The position numbers and the translations under genes were made by a program. A DNA stretch of 64,000 nt from assembly GCA_046052125.1 (NCBI GenBank), contig JBJOMY010000001.1:448001-512000 (forward strand), read 5' to 3'. A model generated the notes under the pieces. That model ran no database searches. It worked only from the letters and a program-made list of their open reading frames with translations, and had not been told where the DNA came from. Origin of the DNA: Cyanobacteriota bacterium. Its GTDB lineage: Bacteria > Cyanobacteriota > Cyanobacteriia > PCC-6307 > Cyanobiaceae. Of this stretch, positions 30,419 to 39,950 are shown in pieces (the first letter of the stretch is position 1; the number at the start of each line of letters is the position of its first letter).

Positions 30419-30817
30419 TCAGGCGTCTCCACGCCGCCACCAGGGACGCGGCAGGCACCAATAGATCAGCGCCAGCAGTTCCGCCACCACCAACACCCCC
30501 AGAACCACCGCCACCACAGGCCGATCCACCGACACCAGGGCCAGCCACACCACCCCGTAGCTGAGGCTCACTGCCAGGGAGAGCGCCAAGGCCACGATCG
30601 CCACCACCCGGCCCCAACGGCGCCGCTTCACCAGGGCCGCCGAGGCCACCACCCCCAACACCAGGGCGGGGAGAATGGCACTGGCGCCCACCGCCCAATT
30701 GGCAGCGGCCATCGAGCCACCGCTGCTGAGCAGCTTCGCCAGAGCGGGCAGGCCCGCAGCATTCAGCAGCAGTCCGATCCAGGCCAGGCGCCGATCGAGG
30801 GTCTCACTGGGTTGCAT
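30419..30817 (-). CDS. Hypothetical membrane protein (about 4 TM)
   Basis: Hydrophobic ORF overlapping the upstream stop codon. Confidence 0.7.
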   Translation of the reverse strand: MQPSETLDRRLAWIGLLLNAAGLPALAKLLSSGGSMAAANWAVGASAILPALVLGVVASAALVKRRRWGRVVAIVALALSLAVSLSYGVVWLALVSVDRPVVAVVLGVLVVAELLALIYWCLPRPWWRRGDA

Positions 30818-31122
30818 CAACAGCCACCGGAACGCCATCCGATGAAACCGGCATGGCGCAGGGTGCGCCAGCAGCCGCTGGGGGTGCTCATCTCCACGCC
30901 CACCTGCAGGGCCAGTTGGCGCTCGCGTTCGCGCTGATCAGCGCGCGGCTCCACCAACCCCTGCTGCTCCAGCCACTCTGTGGCAGCTTCCACCGCCTGC
31001 TCCAGGCTCTCGAAGCATTCATCCAGCACCGGATGGGGATCGCCGTGGCGATCCGTGAGCCGGTAGAGCCGAGAGCCTCGAACCGAAGGCACGGTGGGGA
31101 GCGACAGGCTGGGGGGCTGCAC
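30817..31122 (-). CDS. Hypothetical protein
   Basis: YRL-D--G-PHPVLD...GVE-STPSG-WRTL; coupled to the downstream gene. Confidence 0.65.
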   Translation of the reverse strand: MQPPSLSLPTVPSVRGSRLYRLTDRHGDPHPVLDECFESLEQAVEAATEWLEQQGLVEPRADQRERERQLALQVGVEMSTPSGCWRTLRHAGFIGWRSGGC

Positions 31123-31215
31123 GGAAGGCTCCGCAGGAGCAAGGCCTCAAGCCTGAAGGGACCCGCCGAACTGTTCGGTGCGCTCCATTACACGCAGAGG
31201 TGCCCGCGCGCGAAC

Positions 31216-31977
31216 TCAGTGCAGCGCGAAGAGAAGCAGATCGGCGCCAGCGGCGGTGGCCGTGAGGGCGGGAGCAGCCGCTTTGGGCTGATGCTGCCAA
31301 CCCAGCCCATCCCCGCGCAGGAGCTGCCAGGGCTGCTCGAGCGCTCCATCGATCAGCTGCAGCCACAACGCTCCGCTGAGGGGCGGCAGCGCCAGGGATT
31401 CAGCGGGCTGCAGGCGCGCACGCCACAGCTGCACAGGGCGATGAATCGCCATGGCTCCATCGGTGCGATCGGGATCCAACAGCGGGGTCCAACCGCCCGG
31501 CAGGGGGAAGGGCTTCTGCTCGTAGGCCGGCGGAATCCCCGTGGAGCTGGGCTCGATCCAGATCTGCAGCAAGCGGCAGGGCGCTTGGCCGAGGTTCATC
31601 TCGCTGTGCACCACACCGGTGCCGGCGCTCATCCGCTGCACCTCGCCGGCGCGCAGCACCTCGGCATGGCCGAGGGAATCGCGGTGATGCAGCTCCCCCT
31701 CCACCATCACCGTGATGATCTCCATATCGCGGTGGGGGTGCATGCCGAAGCCCATGCCCGCCGCGATCGTGTCGTCGTTGATCACCCGCAACGGCCCAAA
31801 GCCCATCCAGGCCGGGTCGTAGTGACTCGAGAAGGAAAAGCTGTGCCAGCTGTCGAGCCAATCGAGCTGGCTATGGAAGCGCTCGCCGGCTGGCCGCAGC
31901 ACCAAGCCCTCTACAGCCAAGGCCTGGGCAAGCTCCACGTGAGCGGATGGCACTGGCATCACCTCGATCGCTTCCAA
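31216..31977 (-). CDS. Pirin family protein (YhhW-like)
   Basis: HSFSF, GFGPLRVINDD, HPHRDMEI, HSE metal ligands; true start may be ATG 31959. Confidence 0.92.
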   Translation of the reverse strand: MEAIEVMPVPSAHVELAQALAVEGLVLRPAGERFHSQLDWLDSWHSFSFSSHYDPAWMGFGPLRVINDDTIAAGMGFGMHPHRDMEIITVMVEGELHHRDSLGHAEVLRAGEVQRMSAGTGVVHSEMNLGQAPCRLLQIWIEPSSTGIPPAYEQKPFPLPGGWTPLLDPDRTDGAMAIHRPVQLWRARLQPAESLALPPLSGALWLQLIDGALEQPWQLLRGDGLGWQHQPKAAAPALTATAAGADLLLFALH

Positions 31978-33207
31978 TCAGTGCTTCACCCCGGGGATGA
32001 AGCGCCGCTCGTGATCGGCGCCCTTGAGCATGCGGTTCCAGTACACCCAAGGAAGCACCACGGTCTTCATGATCCACATGCTCCAGCGCTCCTGGGTGGG
32101 ATCCAGAGGGAAGGAAGGCTCGGGCTGAGCGTCGTAGTTGAACTCGGCCATGATCGTTTTGCCGTAGCCGGTGATCAGCGGGCAGCAGCTGTAGCCGTTG
32201 TAGGAGCCATCGCCTTTGCCGCCATCGAGCTGGGCGAGCAGGTTGGCCACCAGCACCGGCGCCTGGCCCCGCACCGCGGCAGCCGTCTTGGAGTTGGGCA
32301 TGCCGCTCACATCCCCAAGCGAGAACACATTCGGGTAGCGCACGTGTTGGGTGGAGTGCTTATCCACATCCACCAGGCCACTGGCTGCAGCCAGGGGGCT
32401 CTGGGCCACCACATCAGGGGCCGTCATCGGCGGGGTGACATGCAGCAGGTCGTAAGCGATCACCTCCTCGCGCGGCTCCTCGCCCTCCTTACTCACCTTG
32501 AACACGGCCTCTTTCGTGTCCGGCCGTACCTCAATCAGGGTGTGGCTGTAGCGGGCGTCAATCCCCTTGCGTGCCACCACCTCCCGCAGCGGGGCGGCGT
32601 AGGCGGGAATGGCGAAGATCCCTGGAGTGGCCGTGGCATAGATCACCTTGCTCTTGGCAGCCACGGCGGGATCGCGCTTGATGGCGTCGTCGGCCAAGTA
32701 GGCGATCTTCTGCGGGGCGCCGGGGCACTTCACCGGCATCGGCGCACAGGTGAACACCGCATTCCCACCTTTGAAGTGTTGGATGCACTCCCAGGTGTAA
32801 GGGGCGAACTCTTTGGAGTAGTTGCTGCACACACCGCCCTTGCCGAGCGCCTCCGGCAGTCCCTTGATCGCCCCCCAGTTGAGCTTCAGGCCGGTGGCCA
32901 CCACCAGGGCGTCGTAGCTGATGGTTTGGCCGCCGCTGGTGCTCACGCTGTTGTGGTCTGGATCAAATCCAGCGGCCGCCTCGCGGATCCAGGTGACCCC
33001 TTCCGGAATCAGATCGGCTTCCTGCCGGCGGGTTTGATCGAGGCTGAACACGCCAGCGCCCACGAGGGTCCAACCCGGTTGGTAGTAGTGCTCGCTGGCG
33101 GGCTCGAGGATCGCCACATCCAGGCTGGGACGGGCTCGCTTGAGGCGCGCCGCCACGGTGATCCCACCGGCTCCGCCGCCAACGATCAATACCTGGTGAT
33201 GCCCCAT
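31978..33207 (-). CDS. sqr: Sulfide:quinone oxidoreductase (type II-like)
   Basis: GGGAGG, HYYQPGWTLVG, KCPGAPQK, KTAAA, GYSCCPL, AEFNY. Confidence 0.85.
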   Translation of the reverse strand: MGHHQVLIVGGGAGGITVAARLKRARPSLDVAILEPASEHYYQPGWTLVGAGVFSLDQTRRQEADLIPEGVTWIREAAAGFDPDHNSVSTSGGQTISYDALVVATGLKLNWGAIKGLPEALGKGGVCSNYSKEFAPYTWECIQHFKGGNAVFTCAPMPVKCPGAPQKIAYLADDAIKRDPAVAAKSKVIYATATPGIFAIPAYAAPLREVVARKGIDARYSHTLIEVRPDTKEAVFKVSKEGEEPREEVIAYDLLHVTPPMTAPDVVAQSPLAAASGLVDVDKHSTQHVRYPNVFSLGDVSGMPNSKTAAAVRGQAPVLVANLLAQLDGGKGDGSYNGYSCCPLITGYGKTIMAEFNYDAQPEPSFPLDPTQERWSMWIMKTVVLPWVYWNRMLKGADHERRFIPGVKH

Positions 33208-33338
33208 GGCCCTAGGGAAGTGGTCGCAAACCAGATCTAACCAGACCAGCCGCTGCCGACCACTACCAGGAATTAAGCGAAGTCGGAACGACTACGGATA
33301 AGTGCGCTATCATGGGTTCACATCGCTCCAGTCGCCCC

Positions 33339-34052
33339 ATGGATCTCTCCAAGCCCAGCACCCAGGCCAACCTCGAAGCCGCCTTCGGCGGCGAGAGCAT
33401 GGCCAACCGCAAATACCTCTTCTTTGCGGACGTGGCCAAGCAGCTGGGCAACGCCGAGCTGGCGAAGCTGTTTCGCGATACGGCCAACCAGGAAACCGAG
33501 CACGCCTTTGCCCACTTCCGGCTGCTGCACCCGGAGCTGGTGGTGAGCGAGCCGGCCAACCTCAGCGAGGCGCAGAAGCAAGCGATCCTGAGCCGCTGCC
33601 TGGAACTGGCGATTGAGGGCGAAACCTACGAGTACACAACGATGTACCCCGAGTTCGCCGCCCAGGCCCGAGCCGATCGCGATGGGGGCGCCGAACAGGA
33701 ATTCAACGAGCAGATCAGCGAATCCCAGGAGCACGCCGGCGTGTTCCGCACCGCCGCGCGCAATTTCGGCCTACTCACCCCCGTGGAGCACCACCACGCC
33801 GATCGCTACAGCGTGGCGCTGGAGGCCCTGCAGGGCAAAGGCACGCTGGGCGAAACCGCAACGCCGGTTCCGGGGCTGTGGATCTGCAAGGTGTGCGGCG
33901 TGATCTACGACCCAGCGGTGGGCGATGCGGACTCGGGGATCGCCGCCGGCACCGCCTTCGAAGCGATTCCCGACGACTGGAGCTGCCCGATCTGCGGCAC
34001 CCGCAAGGCCAACTTCATCCCCTACCGCCCGGCGGAACTGGAAGCGGCCTGA
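33339..34052 (+). CDS. Rubrerythrin with C-terminal rubredoxin domain
   Basis: [34 protein letters not shown]...CPICG. Confidence 0.92.
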   Translation: MDLSKPSTQANLEAAFGGESMANRKYLFFADVAKQLGNAELAKLFRDTANQETEHAFAHFRLLHPELVVSEPANLSEAQKQAILSRCLELAIEGETYEYTTMYPEFAAQARADRDGGAEQEFNEQISESQEHAGVFRTAARNFGLLTPVEHHHADRYSVALEALQGKGTLGETATPVPGLWICKVCGVIYDPAVGDADSGIAAGTAFEAIPDDWSCPICGTRKANFIPYRPAELEAA

Positions 34053-34086
34053 TCGGGGCGCATGAAGCGATCCCCATAACACAAAC

Positions 34087-34107
34087 AAAGCCGCCCCAGG
34101 CGGCTTT
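34087..34107. terminator. Hairpin/terminator after rubrerythrin
   Basis: AAAGCCGCC-CCA-GGCGGCTTT inverted repeat. Confidence 0.6.
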
Positions 34108-34136
34108 AGTGTGGCTTTCAGAACACAAGCAGCGGC

Positions 34137-34322
34137 ATGGGAGCCGAGTTCACCCCGCCAGGCCAATCCACCCCCGGCCCAGCGCAGGCCGCGATGAGCA
34201 CCAGCCTGAAATGGGGCAGCAACGGCGAGCTCTCCCCGGTGGACCTGCAACGGGTGCTGGAGCGGCTCACGGATCCCTCCCTCACCCAGTGCACGCTGAA
34301 CCCCGAGTCCCAGGGCGACTGA
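34137..34322 (+). CDS. Small hypothetical protein
   Basis: W---GELS--DL--VL-RL core; alternative start ATG 34194. Confidence 0.6.
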   Translation: MGAEFTPPGQSTPGPAQAAMSTSLKWGSNGELSPVDLQRVLERLTDPSLTQCTLNPESQGD

Positions 34323-34335
34323 GCCAGGCCACTCG

Positions 34336-34349
34336 GTATCTGGCGATAC
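34336..34349 (+). promoter_or_regulatory. NtcA-consensus box upstream of phoB
   Basis: GTATCTGGCGATAC = perfect GTA-N8-TAC, 25 nt before the phoB ATG. Confidence 0.6.
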
Positions 34350-34374
34350 ATGGGTGCGCGCTCAGAATTGGCCC

Positions 34375-35082
34375 ATGAGCCAGGTTGCCGATCCCGCCAA
34401 CAGCTCCGCCCGGTTGCTGGTGGTGGAAGACGACGACACCATCCGCGACACGGTGGCCGAGGCCCTGGAGATGGAGGGCTTTTCCGTGACGGCGGCCACC
34501 AACGGCCGCAGCGCCTGGGATCTACTGAGCCGCGAGAGTTACGACCTAGTGGTGCTCGATCTGATGCTGCCGGGCATCAACGGGCTCGATCTGTGCCGGC
34601 AGCTGCGCCAAAGCGAAAGCCCACCGTTGATCCTGGTGGTGAGTGCCCGCGACACAGAAACCGACCGCGTGCTCGGTCTGGAGGTGGGTGCCGACGACTA
34701 CCTGATCAAGCCGTTCGGGATGCGCGAACTGGTGGCCCGCTGCAGGGCGCTGCTGCGCCGCCAACGCACACCGCTGCCCACCACCACCAGCGTGGAGCAC
34801 GTGGATCTCCAGCTGTTTCCCGGGGAGTGCAGGGTGAGCCGGGCCGGCTTTGATCTGCGCCTCTCCCCTAAGGAATACCGGTTGCTCGAGCTGTTCATGC
34901 AGCACCCGAAACGCGTGTGGAGCCGTGAGCAACTGATCGAGCAGGTGTGGGGGGTGGACTACATCGGCGACAGCAAAACCGTGGATGTGCACATCCGCTG
35001 GTTACGGGAAAAGATCGAAGACGACCCCTCCAACCCCACGAAGTTGGTGACGGTGCGCGGCTTTGGCTATCGCTTCGGCTAA
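34375..35082 (+). CDS. phoB: Phosphate regulon response regulator PhoB/SphR
   Basis: EDD, LDLMLP, SA, KPF receiver residues; VWGVDYIGDSKTVDVHIRWLREKIE winged helix; P-island context. Confidence 0.9.
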   Translation: MSQVADPANSSARLLVVEDDDTIRDTVAEALEMEGFSVTAATNGRSAWDLLSRESYDLVVLDLMLPGINGLDLCRQLRQSESPPLILVVSARDTETDRVLGLEVGADDYLIKPFGMRELVARCRALLRRQRTPLPTTTSVEHVDLQLFPGECRVSRAGFDLRLSPKEYRLLELFMQHPKRVWSREQLIEQVWGVDYIGDSKTVDVHIRWLREKIEDDPSNPTKLVTVRGFGYRFG

Positions 35083-35109
35083 CGGCGTGAGCAAGGGCGC
35101 CCTGCACGC

Positions 35110-36249
35110 ATGAACAGCTCCGCTCTGCTGGCTTTGCTGCTTGGCGCCGGCGCCGGGGGCGCCCTAGTGGCCCTGTTGCAGCAGCGCCCCAAACGCAGGC
35201 GGCGGGGCAGACAGCCTCAGTTGGAACCGGGCGAACAGCAGCTGCGCGAATGGATCGAAGCGGTGCCCCAGGGCTGGATGCTGATCTCAGGGGACAACCG
35301 CATGGCCAGCCTCAACCCGCGCGCTGAATGGCTGCTGGAAGTGGAGGATTCGGCCCTGGCCCTGCGGGGTGAACCGCTCGAATCGCTCGAGCCTCCGGAT
35401 GAGGTGCTGCACCTGGTGGAGCTGGCGCGGGAGCGGGGGCTGGCGCAGCGCGGCACCTGGCCGCTGCTCAACAGCAACCTCGATGTGCGCGTAATGCCAG
35501 GCAACGCCGGCTGGGTGGCGGTGTTGCTGCAGGGGCGCAACCCCTTGGAGAGCCAGATCGAGCAGCAGGAACAGTGGGTGAGCGATGTGGCCCACGAGCT
35601 GAAAACGCCGCTCACGGCTTTGCGTTTGGTGGGCGACAGCCTCGCCCTCAAAGCGGAAGGCCGCCAGGCCGTGTTGGTGGAGCGCCTGCAACGGGAACTT
35701 GAACGGCTGCAGGTGCTCGTGAGTGATCTGCTGGATCTCTCGCGGCTGGACAACACCCTGGTGAACGATGAAGCTCCTCAGGCCGCAGTGGATCCCCTGG
35801 CTGTGCTCAACAGCGTGTGGAGCACGCTGGAGCCGCTGGCTTCCGAGCGCGGCGTTCAACTCAACCTTCAGAACCAGCCCAGCACAGACAAGCCCCTGGC
35901 CGCGATCGATCCCTCACGGTTTCACCAGGCTCTGCTGAACCTGCTCGACAACGCCCTGCGCTACAGCCCCGACCACAGCACGATCGACGTGGATGTGGTG
36001 GTGCGCAACCGCTGGTGCATGGTGGTGGTTCGCGATCACGGGCCGGGCCTGAGTGCCACGGATCAAGAGCGCATGTTTCAGCGCTTCTACCGGGGTGATC
36101 CAGCCCGGGCCCGTTCACCCCGCAGCGGCAGCGGGCTGGGGCTGGCGATCGTGCAGCAGATCGCCCTGTCGCAGGGCGGGATGGTGCGGGGCAGCAACCA
36201 TCACAACGGGGGCGCGCAGTTCGAGCTGCTCGTGCCGCGCGCCCTCTGA
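35110..36249 (+). CDS. phoR: Phosphate sensor histidine kinase PhoR/SphS
   Basis: PAS-like region, SDVAHELKTPLT, NLLDNA, RFYRGD, GSGLGL. Confidence 0.88.
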   Translation: MNSSALLALLLGAGAGGALVALLQQRPKRRRRGRQPQLEPGEQQLREWIEAVPQGWMLISGDNRMASLNPRAEWLLEVEDSALALRGEPLESLEPPDEVLHLVELARERGLAQRGTWPLLNSNLDVRVMPGNAGWVAVLLQGRNPLESQIEQQEQWVSDVAHELKTPLTALRLVGDSLALKAEGRQAVLVERLQRELERLQVLVSDLLDLSRLDNTLVNDEAPQAAVDPLAVLNSVWSTLEPLASERGVQLNLQNQPSTDKPLAAIDPSRFHQALLNLLDNALRYSPDHSTIDVDVVVRNRWCMVVVRDHGPGLSATDQERMFQRFYRGDPARARSPRSGSGLGLAIVQQIALSQGGMVRGSNHHNGGAQFELLVPRAL

Positions 36250-36264
36250 ATCGAACGGGCGTCC

Positions 36265-36885
36265 TCAGGAACGGGGCAGGTGAGACACCACCAGCTGGCG
36301 CTGATCATCCAGCTGCAGCCAGCCTTCTTCCCGGAGCAGGCCGAGCACGCGGGTCACGGTGACGCGGGTGGTGCTCAGGGCATTGGCAATGTCCTGATGT
36401 GTGAGGCGCAGGCTGAGCATCAGGCCCTGCTCGCAGGGCTGGCCGTAATCCTGAGCCAGCAGCTCAAGGAAACCGCGCACACGCTCTTCCACCCGGCGCA
36501 GACCGAGCAGGGCGATCATCGCCTCCGACTGCCGCATCCGGGTGGTCATCGCCTTCACCAGGCTGATGGCGAGATGCGGCGTGGCCTCGATCTCCTCCAT
36601 CGACAGGCACAGCAGATCGCAATCCGCGATCACCGTTGCCTCGTAGAGATCGATGTTGGTGAGAGGCTCTCCGAAGATTTCGTTCGGCCCGGCGAGGCCA
36701 AGCAGCAGATCGTCGCCCTGCTCGTTCATGCAGCTGAGCTTCACCATGCCGCGGGTCACGAGCCACACGTGATGGCGAAGCAACGGCACCTTGCAGCCAG
36801 CGCTGAGGTGCACCAGATCGCGACGTTGGAAAACCTCTTCCAAGGAGCTGCGAAAGCCCTGCTGACCGCTTGGTGCGTAAACCAT
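36265..36885 (-). CDS. ptrA: Crp/Fnr-family transcriptional regulator (PtrA-like)
   Basis: cNMP-fold plus LTHQDIA---STTRVTVTRVLG HTH; Pho box upstream. Confidence 0.75.
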   Translation of the reverse strand: MVYAPSGQQGFRSSLEEVFQRRDLVHLSAGCKVPLLRHHVWLVTRGMVKLSCMNEQGDDLLLGLAGPNEIFGEPLTNIDLYEATVIADCDLLCLSMEEIEATPHLAISLVKAMTTRMRQSEAMIALLGLRRVEERVRGFLELLAQDYGQPCEQGLMLSLRLTHQDIANALSTTRVTVTRVLGLLREEGWLQLDDQRQLVVSHLPRS

Positions 36886-36949
36886 CGAGCTGTTGTGCCG
36901 ACGGGACCCGCGGACTGTATGGAGCATCACCAAGCGATGCGCAAAGCCC

Positions 36950-36979
36950 TGGTAGAGGTGTGGTTAAGGGTGGGTTAGC
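36950..36979 (-). promoter_or_regulatory. Pho box upstream of ptrA-like gene
   Basis: GCTAACCC-N3-CTTAACCA-N3-CTCTACCA, 11-bp period. Confidence 0.75.
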
Positions 36980-37929
36980 TAGTCGTGGAGACCCAAATCA
37001 GCCACCAACACTGAAGGCAGCGAAGGCAAAACCTGCAGGCTCAATAGCCGCTGCCGGCCGGCCAGCGTGCGCAGATCAGCCGACGCTTGACGCCAGGTGG
37101 TCCAGGCTTGATCACGAGCCTCAAGAATCAAGCCGGAGAGAACGGGCATCACCGCATCCGGTGCCCCCTCGAGCAACCGATCCAACGTGGCCACCAGCAC
37201 CTGCAAATCCTGCAGGTCGCCGAGGCTGGTCTGAAGCGCCTTGAACTGAACGATCCAGGGCTTCAAGCCTTCCAGTTCCAACGCCGCCAGGTTGGCAAGG
37301 CCGTAGCGCGCACGTTTGATGCGCCGGCGAAGCCGATGCAGAGCCGCAGTGGATGGGGAGTCAAAGGGATGGGTGACCCACCATCCCGGCAAGGTGAGCA
37401 AGCCCGCAAGGGCGATCTGTTGCAGCTCTGGCCCCCAGAGGGCAATCGGCTCCTCCCCCATGGGGGTGAACTGCGGATCTTTCAACCAACCTTGCAAGCG
37501 TGAGAGCAACTTGAGGTAGCGCCGACCCTTGAGGGTGTCGCTCAGCAAGCTGAACGCGAGCTTGCGCTCACGTTTGAGCTGCTTCATCACCTTGCGAAGC
37601 GTTGCCTGCTCCTGCTCTGGCAACAGAGGCCACCAATGGCGCTCCAGACCCTGCTGCAGCACATCGAGATCTCGGCTCAGCCCCAGATCCGAACCAATGC
37701 GCGCAAGACGTTGGCTGGACACCTGCTCAGGAAGCACTAGTGCATCGGCAAATTGCTCCACCGTGGCGCGCAATTGACGGCAGGTGACCCGCATTTGATG
37801 CAAGGGCTCCGGGTCGCGATCGGCCAACACATCCAGCTGCAAGGCCACCAACCGCTTGGCCTGACGAGCCAGCAACTCGGCTGCGAAGGCCCCACAGCTT
37901 TGAGCCGTCAGCGAATCAGCGTCATCCAC
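36979..37929 (-). CDS. CHAD-domain (polyphosphate-binding) protein
   Basis: DPEPLHQMRV--RQLR, RDLDV, LHRLRRRIKRARY, LQ--LGDLQD; ORF opens at 37962. Confidence 0.9.
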   Translation of the reverse strand: MDDADSLTAQSCGAFAAELLARQAKRLVALQLDVLADRDPEPLHQMRVTCRQLRATVEQFADALVLPEQVSSQRLARIGSDLGLSRDLDVLQQGLERHWWPLLPEQEQATLRKVMKQLKRERKLAFSLLSDTLKGRRYLKLLSRLQGWLKDPQFTPMGEEPIALWGPELQQIALAGLLTLPGWWVTHPFDSPSTAALHRLRRRIKRARYGLANLAALELEGLKPWIVQFKALQTSLGDLQDLQVLVATLDRLLEGAPDAVMPVLSGLILEARDQAWTTWRQASADLRTLAGRQRLLSLQVLPSLPSVLVADLGLHD

Positions 37930-37969
37930 GGATCGCGACCTGAAAAAGCTCACTCTGAACACAGAGGAG

Positions 37970-37996
37970 AGGTTAAGGAGTTAAGGCAGGGTTATG
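37970..37996 (-). promoter_or_regulatory. Pho box upstream of CHAD gene
   Basis: CATAACCC-N3-CTTAACTC immediately followed by CTTAACCT. Confidence 0.7.
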
Positions 37997-38047
37997 ACAT
38001 TGAAGTCAACATCAACTGCTAAGTTCGGCGAACATTTATCCGTCTGC

Positions 38048-38305
38048 GTGAAGCTGTCCACGTTTAGTTCAGAGTCTTCGGGACCCCGCAGCACGGCAGC
38101 CGCACAAACCTCCACACGCCATCAGCGGGAGCATCTGCTCTGTCTGAATCAGCAAGAAGCCTTGATGCTCTTCGGGCTGTTACAGGCCGCGCTAAGGCAT
38201 GAACCGAGCCGTCAAACACTGCTCAGCTGCGGCGACTACAAGCAATTCCACAGAGATCTCAGCCAGGCGCTAGCCGCCGGGTTGGCGAGTGACGCTGAGC
38301 CCTGA
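38048..38305 (+). CDS. Hypothetical protein
   Basis: ORF with a plausible globular C-terminal half; start uncertain. Confidence 0.4.
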   Translation: MKLSTFSSESSGPRSTAAAQTSTRHQREHLLCLNQQEALMLFGLLQAALRHEPSRQTLLSCGDYKQFHRDLSQALAAGLASDAEP

Positions 38306-38312
38306 AAGCCAC

Positions 38313-38507
38313 TCAGAAATAGAGGCGAGCAACCGTGGGCTCAGGACGGGCGGACCGCTCGGCTTTCGGGGACCAGCGAAGCCTGAGCTCCTCAAGGCTC
38401 AGGCTCCATTCCTCAATGGGCTGCTGAGCAGCGACCAAACTCTCCAACCAATCACGAAATTGCTCGAGGCCGAGTAAATCAGCTTGCAGATCGGTTAACT
38501 CAGACAC
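38313..38507 (-). CDS. Hypothetical protein
   Basis: 64-aa ORF with amphipathic pattern, converging on the previous ORF. Confidence 0.4.
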   Translation of the reverse strand: MSELTDLQADLLGLEQFRDWLESLVAAQQPIEEWSLSLEELRLRWSPKAERSARPEPTVARLYF

Positions 38508-38824
38508 GCGGCATGGGGCTGCTGATTAGAAGCGTAGGGTTAGTTTTGCCGCTCAATCGATGCAGATTCTGAAGATCATCGGCAGGTGTGCGCGGGTTGG
38601 TCACATGCAAGATCCCTAGCCAGAATCCCTGAATCGCCACGCAACAGGCCACTGGAGACAACCAAGCGAACAGGCTCTGCATGCCATCAGGGCAGACACG
38701 GCTCAATTCGAATGGATTTCAGGTGAAAGGCGTGTCGCACGAAACACCTGAATCCGGTGCCGAGGCTCACAGCAGCAGTTTTGCCCGAACTGGCTACCTT
38801 GCGGGATGGTGAGCACCTGATGGC

Positions 38825-39943
38825 ATGCACAGCCTCCCGCAGCTGAGGCCAACGCCTGGCTCACTCGATTCTCGACGCTTGGAAGAGAGGCCTGGGCAGA
38901 TGCCAAACAGCCTCTATCTGGCGGGTGGGCGCGCGGCGACCAACCTCTCTGCTGTGGTGCTGAGGCCTGATGGGCCAGGGCTTTGTCAGCTGAACGACCT
39001 CGCCCACTTGGATGCACTCCTGGCCGAACAAGTGCCGATCTGGTTGCGGGTCAATGGGATGGGGAACCCCCACCTGATCCGCGAAGCCCTGAAGCGCTGC
39101 CGCATCCCCGGCTGCTTTGCCCCCCTGGTGTTGGACACACCACAGTCCACCCGCGTGGATTCAATGGGCGACGTGATTGCCGTGGTCCTGCACCGACTGC
39201 GCTTTTCCATCGATCCACTCAACCTCACCAGCGATCAGGTGAGCATGCTGCTCACCCGCAGTTGTCTGATCTCGATCGAAGAGGCACCAAGCCGTGCCCC
39301 CTTTGATTCCCTCACCGAGTGGTTGATGCAGAAATCGCCAGTTGCCTCGGCCGATGATCTGGACGATCTGCTCCACTACATGGTGGATCACATCCTGGAT
39401 GGCATCTTCCCGATGCTCGAGCAGATGGCGAACCGTCTCGACGATCTGGAAGAGGCGGCCCTGCGAGACCCACGACCACGGGTGCTCACAAGGGCCTATC
39501 AACTTCGGGGCAATTTACGACGCATTCGGCAGCAACTTTGGCCATTACGCCATCAGATCCTGTTGTTTCTGCGGCAGAACCAACCCGTGATGGGACCTGA
39601 CGGACTGCAGGGGTTTCAGGAGATGGCGCAGAACGTGGAGCAGATCTTTGATAGCTGCGAGATCCTTCGCCATCAGTGCGATGCAGTGACAGAAGCACAC
39701 ATGGCCAGCACGGGCAATCGCATGAACCAGATCATGAAAACGCTTACGATTGTCTCCACCATTTTTGCACCGCTCACGTTTATCGCTGGCATTTACGGCA
39801 TGAATTTCGACAACATGCCCGAGCTGCACTGGCGTTATGGCTACATCGCTTCGCTCGTGCTGATGGGTGCGATCGCCACCATGCAAGCCATCTACCTCTG
39901 GCGCCGTGGATGGTTCGAAGACTGGACCACAACACGCCGATAA
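38825..39943 (+). CDS. corA: CorA-family Mg2+/Co2+ transporter
   Basis: MNQIMKTLT, AGIYGMNF signature, MPEL-W-YGY. Confidence 0.92.
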   Translation: MHSLPQLRPTPGSLDSRRLEERPGQMPNSLYLAGGRAATNLSAVVLRPDGPGLCQLNDLAHLDALLAEQVPIWLRVNGMGNPHLIREALKRCRIPGCFAPLVLDTPQSTRVDSMGDVIAVVLHRLRFSIDPLNLTSDQVSMLLTRSCLISIEEAPSRAPFDSLTEWLMQKSPVASADDLDDLLHYMVDHILDGIFPMLEQMANRLDDLEEAALRDPRPRVLTRAYQLRGNLRRIRQQLWPLRHQILLFLRQNQPVMGPDGLQGFQEMAQNVEQIFDSCEILRHQCDAVTEAHMASTGNRMNQIMKTLTIVSTIFAPLTFIAGIYGMNFDNMPELHWRYGYIASLVLMGAIATMQAIYLWRRGWFEDWTTTRR

Positions 39944-39950
39944 ACAACCA

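Noticed and set aside
30853..33240. 795-aa plus-strand ORF
   Set aside because: Antisense shadow of the clearly recognisable sqr and pirin genes; no motifs
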